A DNA stretch of 64,000 nt from Entomortierella parvispora E1425 (lineage: Eukaryota; Fungi; Mortierellomycota), in contig BQFW01000010.1 of NCBI GenBank assembly GCA_020891255.1, positions 1,178,001 through 1,242,000 of the forward strand, given 5' to 3'. A program made the translations under genes and the position numbers. The first letter of the stretch is position 1; each line of letters opens with the position of its first letter. Under the pieces are notes generated by a model that was not told the origin of the DNA, ran no database searches, and saw only the letters and a list, made by a program, of their open reading frames with translations. This document shows positions 62,143-64,000 of this stretch, one piece after another.

Positions 62143-64000
62143 TTACTCCTCGTCCGACTCTTCCTCGGATTCTTCCTCAGACTCTTCCTCAGACTCGTCT
62201 TCAGAGTCGGATTGTTCCAAGAAAGCAATCATAGGAGCCGCCTAAGAAAAATATCAATCAAATAGAAAAGAGTAAAGTCAGCAAATGAAAAATAGTTCCT
62301 CTTTTTTGATCTTAGACAAGATACAGGTTGGGGGGTTTCTCCCTCTTACCAATGCACGAAGCTTCTTCTCTTCCTCAGAGCCCTCTTGACTCTTCTCGGA
62401 ATGGTACCAAATCAAGATAGCATCCTCCTCCAGGATATCGGCATCATAAAAGTATCTCAAGGAGGGCGCAAAGACCTTACTGCTCGTGCCTGGGGCCAAG
62501 GCAGCCGAAGCCCGCTGCAAGATATAGAGTCCATCGATCTGATCGTCCTTGTCGTGCACCATCCTTCCGATCAAAGGTCCCCACTTGTCCAAGACATCCT
62601 TCACGGCCTTGCCCGATTTCACGGGGGCAGTGACATCCATATGCTTCAAAACACTGGGGATAATACGCTTGCGCATCTCGTGGAAGCTCGAGTTGGACGC
62701 CATTCTCAATGTGTTCAACTCCAACGCCGCAATGTCGACGGTATGGTTCTCCTTGAAGGCTCTCTCCAAGGTCTGGGTCACTTCTCTGTCCAAATCCTCA
62801 GCAGGGTTGACCTCATCCTCCTCCAGATCCGAAGCCTCACTCTCGAACTCTGATCCTGAAGCCAACTCCTGTTGGGCCTGATCCAACTCCAGGGCAGAGA
62901 AATCATAAGCGAGTCGGTTGACCAGCTTGTTGCGAGGATCCACTTCATCATCCTCATCATCCGATCCCTCAGCTTCTCTAAAAGTCCTGCCACGTCCAGT
63001 TGCTCCCACGATAGCCTGCTCCGACTCCAATTCTGCCTCAGAGTCATCCTCATCCTCGGGCAAAGCCGTCAAACGCGAGTAGGCTGGCACAGTAGAACCA
63101 GCACCAACCTTGACCTGCGAGAAAAAGAATTGTTCAAAAACCGGAATTTGTTAATAATCAATCCTTGATGTCCACTCTGACTATTCCAACGGCAATAGTG
63201 AAAATGGAGAGGAGCAAGTGGATGACTTACATTGAATGAAATTAAGCATCCCTTCTCGACGGTCACTCCCTTTTCCAGAACAACCCCATTGGCAATAATA
63301 CTGTGCTGAACCACGCAGTCATCCATGATCGTGACATTGTCCCAAATGTATGCATTATCAATCTTGACATTGGCGCCTAAAGTGAAATCGAAAATTCATT
63401 AGTCCTTGCCGTACTTTTTTCGCCATGCTCTTTTCTTTTCTCGTCAAGAAATGAAATAAGCAATCGCAACACCAGACTCCTTTGAGCAGCTTACCGATGA
63501 CACAGTTCTTTCCGATCACACAGTTAGAAAGGACAGAGCGCTCAGCAATCTGGGTATTGGCTCCAATAACGACCTTCTCCTCCACCACACAGGTTCTTGA
63601 CAGGACCACACTCTTCTCCTTGTAGACCAATCCTCTGCGGAACTCGTAACAATCTCCGGCCTGCAAATTGCTATCAGGGACCATGGGGAAAGTCCAGCGG
63701 GAAATAATATCCTTCGAGACTGCATCGTACATCTGTGTACTCCGAACACGGGCCGCATACACATCCGTGACCTCCTGGAAATGAATCGTCTTGCCCAAAA
63801 GATCCGACGTCAAGATACCATGGACGAAATCCGTACGAATATCCTGGTAATCGAAATTCTCTGTGAACAACGCTGGCACCTCCACAGAGCAAATATCAAT
63901 CTGACAATCAATCAAGTCGTTCCTGATCTGAACCTCGGGGTGTTTGTCAAAGATCTCCATGTCCATGGTCATGCGACGGTCCTGACGACTGCTCTTGAAG
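62143..64000 (-). CDS. GCD6: Translation initiation factor eIF2B epsilon subunit (5' part beyond the window)
   Basis: RNDLIDCQIDICSVEVPALFTENFDYQDIRTDFVHGILTSDLLGK; hexapeptide (LbH) repeats; W2 domain FYDADILEEDAILIWY; last exon AAPMIAFLEQSDSEDESEEE...* (TAA 62143-45). Confidence 0.95.

Overview
Intron-rich fungal genomic DNA. An early-diverging fungus, probably Mortierellaceae, is inferred from the co-occurrence of base-exchange phosphatidylserine synthase, Pus10, a DAACS transporter and Crinkler genes. Conserved genes: PSS, a CCX/NCLX-type cation/Ca2+ exchanger, midasin, a 4-finger C2H2 transcription factor, a DAACS symporter, a UapA-like purine permease, Pus10, a tricalbin and eIF2B-epsilon (truncated by the window). 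There are two accessory regions. (1) 1-4.9 kb holds a very large (~1400 aa or more, 5 exons, possibly 5'-incomplete) Fanzor-like TnpB-family RNA-guided nuclease gene. All three RuvC motifs and the zinc ribbon are recognisable. It also has an extra CxxC/HxxxC insertion, one -1 frame break next to an in-frame A_AAA_AAG heptamer, and a structured 3' region (candidate omegaRNA) that starts with an apparent 3'-UTR intron. (2) 46-52 kb holds two tandem Crinkler (ubiquitin-like header + PD-(D/E)xK REase) genes that share a ~875-bp apparently identical block but have divergent catalytic cores. They are separated by a 32-bp tandem repeat that runs into (TC)70, and are followed by a decayed coiled-coil gene and a His-rich (KKVDHSHH)n ORF missed by the ORF track. 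No rRNA, tRNA or CRISPR array was found. All exon models were assembled by eye and no searches were run.
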